A stretch of 64,000 bases of DNA from a virus. Lineage: Duplodnaviria; Caudoviricetes. The notes under the pieces are model-generated. The model worked only from the letters and a program-made list of their open reading frames with translations. It did not search any database and was not told the DNA's origin. Where the stretch lies: the IMG/VR virus record IMGVR_UViG_3300044991_001466; one strand, 5' to 3'. The translations under genes were made by a program, and so were the position numbers. Shown piece by piece: positions 8,582 to 16,775 of the stretch; position 1 is the stretch's first letter, and every line of letters starts with the position of its first letter.

Positions 8582-10161
8582 TGAAAAAAATAATAATATC
8601 TCTCCTAATATTATTTTTTTGTAGTAAGTCTTTTGGACAAAGTACAATAACACAAACGTACATAGACCCGTGTGATAATAAAGTCTATGTTGTTGTAATT
8701 CCATTCGGACAAAATCAAACTGTTGCTGTTATTAGGGGTAAATCTAAAATTGTAACATTAGCCGACATTAGTAGTGGTACTTTTCAAACATGGGTGAATA
8801 GTATATTTGCAACACCTTGTCCACAAAACGATAATATCAGATTAGCACAAGAAGCCGCAGCAAGGGCGGCAGCAGATGCCGCAGCTAGAGCCGCCGCGGA
8901 TGCTGCGGCAAAAGCGGCTGCGGATGCTGCGGCAAAGGCCGCATCAGATGCTGCAGCAAAGGCGGCGGCAGATGCTGCAGCTGCAAGTGCATCGTCAGCC
9001 GCAAGTAATTCAGCATCATCGGCAGCAAGTTCATCGGCAAGTGCCGCCGCAAGTTCTGCAGCTGCAAATGCTGCAACACCTCCACCAATAAACATTGCAC
9101 CTCCACCACCCGCTCCGGTAGTTACTGCACCTCCACCAACGGCAGCACCTCCACCGGCATCAAGTAGTTCATCACCACCTCCCGCAAGTGGTGGTTCATC
9201 TTCTTCTTCATCAAGTAGTTCATCATCAACTGAAGCAAAACCAGCAGAAAGTAAACCAGCGGAAACTAAATCAGATAAACCAGCTGAACAAAAAACCGAA
9301 GAAAAGAAAACTGAAGCTAAGACAGAAGAAAAGAAAGAGGAAACAAAAACAGAAGAAAAGAAATCAGAAGAAAAAAAGACTGAGGAGAAAAAGGAAGAAG
9401 CTAAAAAAGAAGAAGAAAAGAAAGAGGAAACTAAAAAGGAGGAAGAAAAAAAGAAAGAGGAAGAAAAGAAAAAAGAAGAAGAAAAAAAGAAAAAACAAGA
9501 AGTAACAAATCCAACGTTACTTGCGTCAGATATAACCGGTGCAGAACAACCAGACGGAACTTATTTAGCCTCAATTTCAATGGGACTTAGTAAATCATCT
9601 TTGGCGGGTGATGTAAGTTATAGTACAGGATTGGTTGTGAATAGTAATTTAAGTTCTATTGTAATGACGGGTGGAATTACTAAAATGGGATTAACAAAAG
9701 ATGGACAGTTAGATGCAATACATTCATACGGAACCGCATTTGCATATTTAGGTGGGAATTACATGAATTTGTTAGGTTACACTTGGATTAAACCTACACC
9801 AAAAAAAGGTACATATGGTTATAACGTAGGTATTATTAATTTATTTCTTAAAAATGATAGTGGTGGATTTGATTATAATATGGCCAGTTCGGCAATTGTA
9901 TTTTGGACTAAACCTTATCAATATTCAAAAAAATTAACGGTTTCTCCACAAGTGTTTACAATGTTCTCACCCATATCATGGAATAGTTCAAATGGTGAAA
10001 CAAACGTGAATAGACATATGGGATTTTTATTGGGGGCGGCTTTTGATTATAAAATAACAAAAAGATTTGGGTTTAGTTTTAATTACAAAATGAGTGGGAA
10101 TACTAATCCAGGTTCTCCATTTTTAAGTAATTTCTTAATTGGCTCAAGAATGATGCTTTAA
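8581..10161 (+). CDS. Exported protein with TolA/TonB-like long linker and C-terminal beta-barrel
   Basis: Signal peptide ending SFG-Q, then Ala-, Pro-, Ser- and Glu/Lys-rich blocks. The C-terminal domain aligns with 3532..4425 (KKGTYGYNV/KKFGTFGYSL; VSPQVF/ISPQIF; DYKITKRF/DWKVTKRF). Confidence 0.6.
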   Translation: MKKIIISLLILFFCSKSFGQSTITQTYIDPCDNKVYVVVIPFGQNQTVAVIRGKSKIVTLADISSGTFQTWVNSIFATPCPQNDNIRLAQEAAARAAADAAARAAADAAAKAAADAAAKAASDAAAKAAADAAAASASSAASNSASSAASSSASAAASSAAANAATPPPINIAPPPPAPVVTAPPPTAAPPPASSSSSPPPASGGSSSSSSSSSSSTEAKPAESKPAETKSDKPAEQKTEEKKTEAKTEEKKEETKTEEKKSEEKKTEEKKEEAKKEEEKKEETKKEEEKKKEEEKKKEEEKKKKQEVTNPTLLASDITGAEQPDGTYLASISMGLSKSSLAGDVSYSTGLVVNSNLSSIVMTGGITKMGLTKDGQLDAIHSYGTAFAYLGGNYMNLLGYTWIKPTPKKGTYGYNVGIINLFLKNDSGGFDYNMASSAIVFWTKPYQYSKKLTVSPQVFTMFSPISWNSSNGETNVNRHMGFLLGAAFDYKITKRFGFSFNYKMSGNTNPGSPFLSNFLIGSRMML

Positions 10162-10191
10162 AAAAAATCCTCGAAGTAAAAACTCCGAGGA
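10162..10191 (-). terminator. Rho-independent terminator for the minus-strand block
   Basis: On the minus strand tcctcggag-tttttac-ttcgagga followed by a T run. Confidence 0.6.
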
Positions 10192-10243
10192 CATGACAAA
10201 AAATAGATGTATCTCTCCAAATACATTAATAAAATATAAAAAA

Positions 10244-10573
10244 TTAATTTTTATTTGTCAACTCTTGATAAAGATTTTTTATTTCACAACATTTTTCATA
10301 ATCTTCAATCATTTCAAAATAAGGGATTAAATCTCTTTTTAATACTATAGATTCTTCTTTATGAAATATGAATTCAGTTTCCCAATCTACGTTCATAATT
10401 TTTGCAGACACAAAAAGGACTAATGATTTTTTTCTTGTATTCTTAAATTCTTTAAATATATTTAAAATATTTTCATATATAACGTCTTTATTTTCATCAT
10501 AAAAATCGGTAAAATCTTTATATTTTCCATTAATTTGTAAAGAGATGAACGGTGCAGATTTTCTAGTTCCCAT
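10244..10573 (-). CDS. Hypothetical protein (possible C-terminal UVR-like motif)
   Basis: Clean ORF; ends YFEMIEDYEKCCEIKNL. Confidence 0.55.
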   Translation of the reverse strand: MGTRKSAPFISLQINGKYKDFTDFYDENKDVIYENILNIFKEFKNTRKKSLVLFVSAKIMNVDWETEFIFHKEESIVLKRDLIPYFEMIEDYEKCCEIKNLYQELTNKN

Positions 10574-10642
10574 TAAGTTTAGTTTAGTTAGTTAGTAAAT
10601 GTTAGAACATAAAATTACAAATAATATTTTAATTAAAAAAAA

Positions 10643-11134
10643 TTATTTTTCCCCCTTTGTTCTGTCCCATTTAGCCGCTCTTGCTTCTGGTGACAAATGA
10701 AGTTTTTCGTCTATAGTGTGTTCAATTTTAACCCTAATACAGGTCTGAGGTGTCCTACAGTTCATAAAGTAGTTATTTATATAACCCATCATGTTTGCAC
10801 TACCAATAGGATTGGCTGAATGGACATAAATTTGAGGTAAGGGTATTTTAGTATTCATACTTTCACTTACCAAATATCTACAACAATCCATACCGGTTTT
10901 TTCATCAATGTTATTATAATTTAATTCATAATTATTTTTAACATTTGTATAATATTCAATCATAGCACCATCACCTAAATCGTGATCAAGTGATATAACA
11001 TCAAAATTTTCTAATCCATGTAATTTAATTTTTGCAACAAATTCATCGTAATTACGAACAATTATCCAATCATTATCCAAAGGCGTACGAACGTCATCCA
11101 AATACAATCTCAATTTATTATTAATTTTCATCAT
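10643..11134 (-). CDS. Cyclic-phosphate-processing receiver-like domain protein
   Basis: LYLDDVRTP, VRNYDEF, ISLDHDLG, TGMD and VHSANPIG motifs; adjacent to an RNA ligase. Confidence 0.7.
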   Translation of the reverse strand: MMKINNKLRLYLDDVRTPLDNDWIIVRNYDEFVAKIKLHGLENFDVISLDHDLGDGAMIEYYTNVKNNYELNYNNIDEKTGMDCCRYLVSESMNTKIPLPQIYVHSANPIGSANMMGYINNYFMNCRTPQTCIRVKIEHTIDEKLHLSPEARAAKWDRTKGEK

Positions 11135-12158
11135 TTTTAAATGGCTTTGAATAATTTGGATATATAATTTTCCAAATATTTTTTTTATGTTCTTTTCCGT
11201 CTAACATGTTAAATAAAATGTTAGAGTGTCTATATTCTTTTGCTCTAATCGCAAACTCTTTTCTATCTAAATTTCGTGATTTTAAATTCTCATAAATCTC
11301 AATATAGTCCTTATTAATATTATCAAATCTAATAGTAAAATCCCTAATAGTTTCTTTAACCCAACCGTTAAATTCGTCTGGAACTCTTTCAAGTAATTCA
11401 TCGAACGGTTTATTGTCTTTCAAATATTCCCATATATCACGATTAGATATGTTAGTTAAAATTTTGTGAAGTCTAACATATTCTTCTCCTTTGATTTTCA
11501 TACGAAAACCATTCTTAAATTTAATTACATATCCCTCTCTGTCTTTACTAATTTCTTCTTTAAGTAAATCATATCCTTCTCCCCAAGTCTTATATGTCAT
11601 TACAACTTCAAATCCCGAATCCTGCGTCCAAAACAAACTACTATCAGGTATTTCTTCACCTGTTTCTGTATGAAAACCACCAATAACAACTAATTTTTCT
11701 TCACCTTTATAATCAACAACAATTCTATTTTCAGGATAAATAATTTCAAACAAATATGTATTGTCTTTTCTCCATGCACTGATGTCGTGTCTATCAAGAA
11801 TTTCTTTACCCTTAATTGCCTGTGGTGATGTGAATGATCCGCGTGTTGCCATTATCCACTCATTTTCATAATTAAAAAGAATACCTAATGAACCATCCAT
11901 CTTTTCATATACGACATAATCTTCATTTGGAATATCTTCTGGTTTATGTTCTTCGTAGTTGAAAAATTTCTTAAATGGTCGAGCAACAATATCACCTTTT
12001 GAATTTGTAACCAATCCACGACATTGCAAAGTAATCTCATCCCATAATCTTTCGTACTGAACTTTTGGACTATAATTCCAAATAGTTAAATCAAGGGTTG
12101 GATGGGTTTGTTTATGTAACAAACCATCTTTGTGGTATCTTTCTAATGTTTCTAACAT
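11121..12158 (-). CDS. T4 Rnl1-like RNA ligase
   Basis: CRGLV, ARPFKKFFN, adenylation motif EKMDGSLG, ATRGSF, FEII, EGYV and KIKGEEY. Confidence 0.9.
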   Translation of the reverse strand: MLETLERYHKDGLLHKQTHPTLDLTIWNYSPKVQYERLWDEITLQCRGLVTNSKGDIVARPFKKFFNYEEHKPEDIPNEDYVVYEKMDGSLGILFNYENEWIMATRGSFTSPQAIKGKEILDRHDISAWRKDNTYLFEIIYPENRIVVDYKGEEKLVVIGGFHTETGEEIPDSSLFWTQDSGFEVVMTYKTWGEGYDLLKEEISKDREGYVIKFKNGFRMKIKGEEYVRLHKILTNISNRDIWEYLKDNKPFDELLERVPDEFNGWVKETIRDFTIRFDNINKDYIEIYENLKSRNLDRKEFAIRAKEYRHSNILFNMLDGKEHKKNIWKIIYPNYSKPFKNDEN

Positions 12159-12403
12159 TACTTGATGGGTTTATAAAATCCAATATTGTAAGTCCATTTC
12201 AACCAATTAAATGACAAGTATATACCACATAATTTATTATCTAATAATGTTCTATGTGATTCTGGTTCACATGTTTCAAAATAAAAATATACAAAGGGTA
12301 ATGGGTATACAGCCCATTGATTTTTAAATAAACTTGAATGAAATTTCATATTTCGTTGTTTTGGTAATGTTGTTTTAAAATAAGATTCAATAAATTGACT
12401 CAT
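12158..12403 (-). CDS. Hypothetical protein
   Basis: Abuts flanking genes in the same operon. Confidence 0.5.
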   Translation of the reverse strand: MSQFIESYFKTTLPKQRNMKFHSSLFKNQWAVYPLPFVYFYFETCEPESHRTLLDNKLCGIYLSFNWLKWTYNIGFYKPIK

Positions 12404-12832
12404 CTATAACTTTATTTCAAACCTATCCTTCATTTGTTGGAGTTTATTTTCGGGTACTCCGTGAATATTTTCATTACCATGTCTGTTTTCAACAACCACA
12501 CAATGTACTCGGTAATTATACCTTTCAGCCATTTCAAAATAAGTTTTCATTTCCCATTCTTGGGTAAAAGTATTTGCAACAACTATACGAGCAATTCCCT
12601 GTCTCATTCTTTCTGAACATCTAAATTGACAATAGTTATGTGCTTCTTTTATTTTGGTGCCATCAAAAATATAATCACCATCATCGTTAACAAAAAAATC
12701 ATCCGCAGATAAAACTTCTTGCGGATTATTATTTGGTTGTAATAATATAATATTTGCTATTGTTGATTTTCCTGAACCAGGAATTCCTCTTAAAAGTATT
12801 AAATCACCATTTATTTCATTTACATTATCCAT
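12404..12832 (-). CDS. P-loop polynucleotide kinase-like protein (AAA_33 type)
   Basis: Walker A RGIPGSGKST, SADDF, VVANTF and HGVP; clustered with the RNA ligase. Confidence 0.8.
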   Translation of the reverse strand: MDNVNEINGDLILLRGIPGSGKSTIANIILLQPNNNPQEVLSADDFFVNDDGDYIFDGTKIKEAHNYCQFRCSERMRQGIARIVVANTFTQEWEMKTYFEMAERYNYRVHCVVVENRHGNENIHGVPENKLQQMKDRFEIKL

Positions 12833-12886
12833 AGGAGAGATTTAGAATTAAAAAATAGGGGAAGGAATAACCCAACCCCCAATTTC

Positions 12887-13069
12887 TTATTTTACAACTG
12901 CGCTGTCTGCTGGAATTTCCCCAGCATTTCCTGTTTCGGGAAGTGAAGTAGAAGTTGTATCGGCTTGAACCGAAGTTGAGTCAGTTGTTTGAGTTGCGGT
13001 TGACTCTGAACCACAAGCTGATAGTGTAAGTGCTACACCAAGAGCCAAAATAAATGTTACTTTTTTCAT
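12887..13069 (-). CDS. Small Ser/Thr-rich lipoprotein (60 aa)
   Basis: Start refined to MKKVTFILAL (ATG at 13069); lipobox LSA-C19; DST, DTT and DSA motifs. Confidence 0.7.
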   Translation of the reverse strand: MKKVTFILALGVALTLSACGSESTATQTTDSTSVQADTTSTSLPETGNAGEIPADSAVVK

Positions 13070-13114
13070 ATATAGTAAATATACGATTTTTAAATCACAA
13101 AACAAAATTTCAAT

Positions 13115-13142
13115 AAAAAACCCCAACGAGATGTCGGGGTTT
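13115..13142 (-). terminator. Rho-independent terminator
   Basis: On the minus strand aaaccccgac-atctc-gttgggg followed by a T6 run. Confidence 0.75.
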
Positions 13143-13216
13143 AAGGTCTTTGGGTGGGTTCAACCCCACTTACTTATTAAAAAAACGAAAAGGTAATCGA
13201 CAAAGAGAACCTTCAA
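13143..13216 (-). ncRNA. Candidate small structured RNA (or 18-aa TTG-initiated peptide)
   Basis: Lies between TATTTATA (13220-13227, minus) and a terminator. The ends pair (AAGG..UCUUUG with CAAAGACCUU) and there is an internal hairpin GUGGG-GUUGAA-CCCAC. Confidence 0.4.
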
Positions 13217-13251
13217 GAATATAAATATATATGTTTTTACAAAAAAACAAA

Positions 13252-15273
13252 CTATTTATCAATCTTTTTCGTGATTATTAATTTTTGATCTTTGGATTTT
13301 AAAGTGATTTGTTCATTTTCAACAATGTTACCTTTCAATATTTCTTCACTTAAAAAATCTTCACAAAGATTTTGGATAATTCTTTTAATAGGTCTCGCAC
13401 CATATTCTTCTTGTGAATTTAATTCAAATACTCTTAAGGTTACTGATTTGTCAAAAGTTACCTTGTAGTTTTTATCTTTTAAACGATTATTCAATTTACC
13501 AATTTCAATATTGATAATTTTCTTTAAGGTTTCATCATTTAATGAATTGAATAGAACAACATCGTCAATACGATTTAAAAATTCAGGATTAAATTGTTGT
13601 TTTAATGCCTTTTGAATCATTGTCTTTCTAACTTCATATTTTTGAACTTCAGAAGATGATGTTGAGAACCCAACTCCACCACCAAACTCTGAAACTTTTT
13701 TGGCTCCGATGTTTGATGTCATGATAATTAAACAATTCGTAAAATTAACTTTTCTACCAAATGAATCTGTTAAATGTCCTTCATCTAAAATTTGTAATAG
13801 TAAATTGAAAACATCCTTATGAGCCTTCTCAATTTCATCAAATAAAATGACAGAGAATGGGTTATTTTTAACTTTCTCAGTTAATTGACCCCCTTCATCA
13901 TAACCAACGAAACCTGGAGGAGAACCGATTAATTTTGAAACGTTATGTCTATCCATATATTCGCTCATATCAATACGAATAATTTTTTCAGGGTCACCAA
14001 ATAAAAATTCAGCTAATGTCTTCGCCAAATATGTTTTACCAACACCGGTGGAACCTAAGAAAATAAACGAACCTATTGGTTTATTAGCGTCTTTTATTCC
14101 AACACGATTTCTTCGTATTGATTTAGATATTGTCATTACAGCCTCTTCTTGACCAATTACTTTTTCCCCAAGTAATGTTTCAAAATTTAATAACTTTTGA
14201 GTTTCTTTAGAATCTAATTTTGAAATTGGTACTCCAGTCATTTCGGAAATAATCACATAAACGTCATCAACTGATACGGGTATTTTATTATCTTTTTGTT
14301 TTTCAGACCATTTTATTTTTTCGTCTTCAAGTTTATCCATTATTTTTCGTTCATCATCTCTTAATTTGGCTGCTTGCTCATAATTTTGAGATTTCACTAC
14401 TTGGATTTTTCTTTCTTTAATTTCGTCCGCCTGTTTCTTTAATTTTTCAATGGATTCAGGAATTCTAGTTGAAATCCTTTTTTCAGAACCAAGTTCATCT
14501 AAAACATCAATCGCTTTATCAGGAAATTGTCTATCAGTGATATAACGACCTGCAAGTTTAACGATAGTTTCAATCACTCCATCTTCATACGTTACTTTAT
14601 GAAATTCTTGATATGAATTTTTTAGATTTTTTAAAATCTCAATCGTTTCTAATGATGTGGGTTCTTTTAAAATAACTTTTTGAAAACGACGAACTAATGC
14701 CCCGTCTTTTTCAATGTGTTTTTTAAATTCATCAAAGGTCGTCGCACCAATACATTGTAATTCTCCACGAGCCAATGCTGGTTTAAGAATATTTGCGGCG
14801 TCCATTGCACCACTCGCATTACCCGCACCAACCATAGTATGTAATTCATCAATGAATATGATAACATTTGGGGCTTCTTGTAATTCATTAATAATTGCTT
14901 TTATCCTTTCCTCAAACTGTCCACGATATTTAGTTCCAGCAACTAATGACGTTAAATCTAAAGACATAATTCGTTTATCCAATAAATTTGTTGGACAATC
15001 ACCTTTAAGAATCATTAATGCTAGTTTTTCAACTAATGCAGATTTACCCACACCAGGATCACCCACAATAACGGCGTTGTTTTTCTTTTTACGAGAAAGA
15101 ATTTGAGCAATTCTTTTCACTTCCTTGTCCCTACCAACAACAGGGTCAATCTTACCTTCTTCTGCAAGTTTTATTAAATCTCGAGAAAAATTATCCAAAA
15201 TCGGGGTATTCGAACCTTTCCTTACTTTCTTAGGGTTAACTGTTGGTCCATCTTCAAAAAAATCTACTGCCAT
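13252..15273 (-). CDS. clpC: ClpC/ClpB-family AAA+ ATPase lacking the N-terminal domain
   Basis: Two Walker A motifs (GDPGVGKS, GSTGVGKT), Walker B IIFIDELH and ILFDEIEK, UVR-like middle domain, VGF loop. Confidence 0.9.
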   Translation of the reverse strand: MAVDFFEDGPTVNPKKVRKGSNTPILDNFSRDLIKLAEEGKIDPVVGRDKEVKRIAQILSRKKKNNAVIVGDPGVGKSALVEKLALMILKGDCPTNLLDKRIMSLDLTSLVAGTKYRGQFEERIKAIINELQEAPNVIIFIDELHTMVGAGNASGAMDAANILKPALARGELQCIGATTFDEFKKHIEKDGALVRRFQKVILKEPTSLETIEILKNLKNSYQEFHKVTYEDGVIETIVKLAGRYITDRQFPDKAIDVLDELGSEKRISTRIPESIEKLKKQADEIKERKIQVVKSQNYEQAAKLRDDERKIMDKLEDEKIKWSEKQKDNKIPVSVDDVYVIISEMTGVPISKLDSKETQKLLNFETLLGEKVIGQEEAVMTISKSIRRNRVGIKDANKPIGSFIFLGSTGVGKTYLAKTLAEFLFGDPEKIIRIDMSEYMDRHNVSKLIGSPPGFVGYDEGGQLTEKVKNNPFSVILFDEIEKAHKDVFNLLLQILDEGHLTDSFGRKVNFTNCLIIMTSNIGAKKVSEFGGGVGFSTSSSEVQKYEVRKTMIQKALKQQFNPEFLNRIDDVVLFNSLNDETLKKIINIEIGKLNNRLKDKNYKVTFDKSVTLRVFELNSQEEYGARPIKRIIQNLCEDFLSEEILKGNIVENEQITLKSKDQKLIITKKIDK

Positions 15274-15400
15274 ATTTAATAAGTTTTATGTATACAAACA
15301 TAACACATTCTATACAAAAAACCAAATAATAGACAAAATGTCAAAAATTTTTTTTTATCGATTATTTTTTGTATTATTGTTAATATAAAACTATAAAATC

Positions 15401-15646
15401 ATGTCAATAAAAAAAGAAAAAATCAGTGGGGAAATGATTGATGTAACAATCAAATCTTCAAGTCTTAAGTCAGCATCTTATGACTCATTATCAGAAAGAT
15501 TAACAATTACATTCAATTCGGGGGCTTCTTACGAATACCGTAAAATCCCAATGTTATTGTTTACTAAATTTAGACTGGCAAAGTCTCAAGGGACGTACTT
15601 TAACAAGTTCATCTCTAAAGAGTTTAAATTTAAAAAATTAGATTAA
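15401..15646 (+). CDS. KTSC-domain protein
   Basis: KSSSLKSASYD...LTITFNSGASYEY..IP..LF..F..AKSQGTYFN. Confidence 0.85.
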   Translation: MSIKKEKISGEMIDVTIKSSSLKSASYDSLSERLTITFNSGASYEYRKIPMLLFTKFRLAKSQGTYFNKFISKEFKFKKLD

Positions 15647-15649
15647 AAC

Positions 15650-15679
15650 GAAACCCCGAGAAATCGGGGTTTTCTTTTT
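15650..15679 (+). terminator. Rho-independent terminator
   Basis: aaaccccga-gaaa-tcggggtttt followed by a T-rich tail. Confidence 0.75.
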
Positions 15680-15704
15680 GATATTTATTACATATATTAA
15701 TGAT

Positions 15705-15950
15705 ATGGGAATAACATCAGAAAGAATCGAGGGTAAGATGATACACGTTATCATCAACTCATCAAATTTAAAAGAGGCATCTTATAACACAGAGAGCGAG
15801 GACTTAACTGTCACTTTTAATAATGGAACTATTTATGAATACAATAAAGTTCCTTGGACAAAATTCACTAAGTTTAGACTTGCTGAATCACAAGGAAAAC
15901 ACTTTAACGAAAATATCGCTAAAGGACATAAGTATAAAAAAATAGGATGA
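15705..15950 (+). CDS. KTSC-domain protein (second copy)
   Basis: NSSNLKEASYN...LTVTFNNGTIYEY..VP..F..AESQGKHFN. Start refined to MGITSERIEG, downstream of TATTTATT at 15682. Confidence 0.85.
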   Translation: MGITSERIEGKMIHVIINSSNLKEASYNTESEDLTVTFNNGTIYEYNKVPWTKFTKFRLAESQGKHFNENIAKGHKYKKIG

Positions 15951-16705
15951 GTTTATTTGAAGAATTAATTGAGGATAAGGTTGGGGATGAGAAAATCGTA
16001 AAGTCATTTAAGACTAAGGATTCATTATCTGACAATATTTTTGAGGAATCAAAGGGTAAATTCACTATGCGTGACGACATCAGAAAGGCGTTAATTAAAA
16101 TTTCTGAGGATTTCATATCAACCTTAGGTGTCGAATTTTTCATACACGACATCGTATTAACAGGATCATTATCAAATTATAACTGGTCAAATTATTCAGA
16201 CGTAGATTTACATATCATTATTGATTTTAAAGAATCGAAATATAATTCAGATATTTTAAAAGAATTCTTTGACGCCAAGAAAAATGTGTGGAACGAAAAA
16301 CACAACATCATTATTAAAGGATTTGACGTCGAATTATATGTTCAAGATGTTAATGAAGAACATATATCTTCCGGTGTATATTCAATTTTAAACAATAAGT
16401 GGATTGTTTCACCAAAAAAAGACAATCCTAAGATTGACGATAAAATGATTTTACAAAAAGCTGAGGATTACATGAAGAAAATCGACCTAATTATTGATAA
16501 GAGTAAAAAAGGTGTTGATACTATTGATGAAATTGAAAACATGAGAAAAAAGTTAAAATCATTCAGACAGAGTGGATTAGATGAAGGAGGAGAGTATTCT
16601 TATGAGAACTTAACTTTCAAATTATTAAGAAGAAATGGATACATTCATAAACTTTTAGACCTTAAAACTAAACTTACAGACAAGAAATTGTCGGTGACAC
16701 AATAA
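15947..16705 (+). CDS. Pol-beta superfamily nucleotidyltransferase
   Basis: TGSLSNYNWSNYSDVDLH (GS...DxD) plus DVELY carrying the third acidic residue. Confidence 0.8.
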   Translation: MSLFEELIEDKVGDEKIVKSFKTKDSLSDNIFEESKGKFTMRDDIRKALIKISEDFISTLGVEFFIHDIVLTGSLSNYNWSNYSDVDLHIIIDFKESKYNSDILKEFFDAKKNVWNEKHNIIIKGFDVELYVQDVNEEHISSGVYSILNNKWIVSPKKDNPKIDDKMILQKAEDYMKKIDLIIDKSKKGVDTIDEIENMRKKLKSFRQSGLDEGGEYSYENLTFKLLRRNGYIHKLLDLKTKLTDKKLSVTQ

Positions 16706-16775
16706 AGAACCTTATTTTTTCCCTATATGTATGTATTTATAGGATAAGAATAAGTATATCTAACAATCAAAAAAA

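Noticed and set aside
1-10161. Interpreting the envelope island as flanking host chromosome (prophage boundary)
   Set aside because: It has the same late motif, terminator style and AT-rich composition as the phage core, and there is no integrase, att-like repeat or housekeeping gene; read-level confirmation is still needed.
13150-13170. GGGTTCAACCCC resembling a tRNA T-arm
   Set aside because: A canonical 7-nt T-loop gives a mismatched stem, and there are no D or anticodon arms or acceptor stem; no tRNA was recognised in the window.
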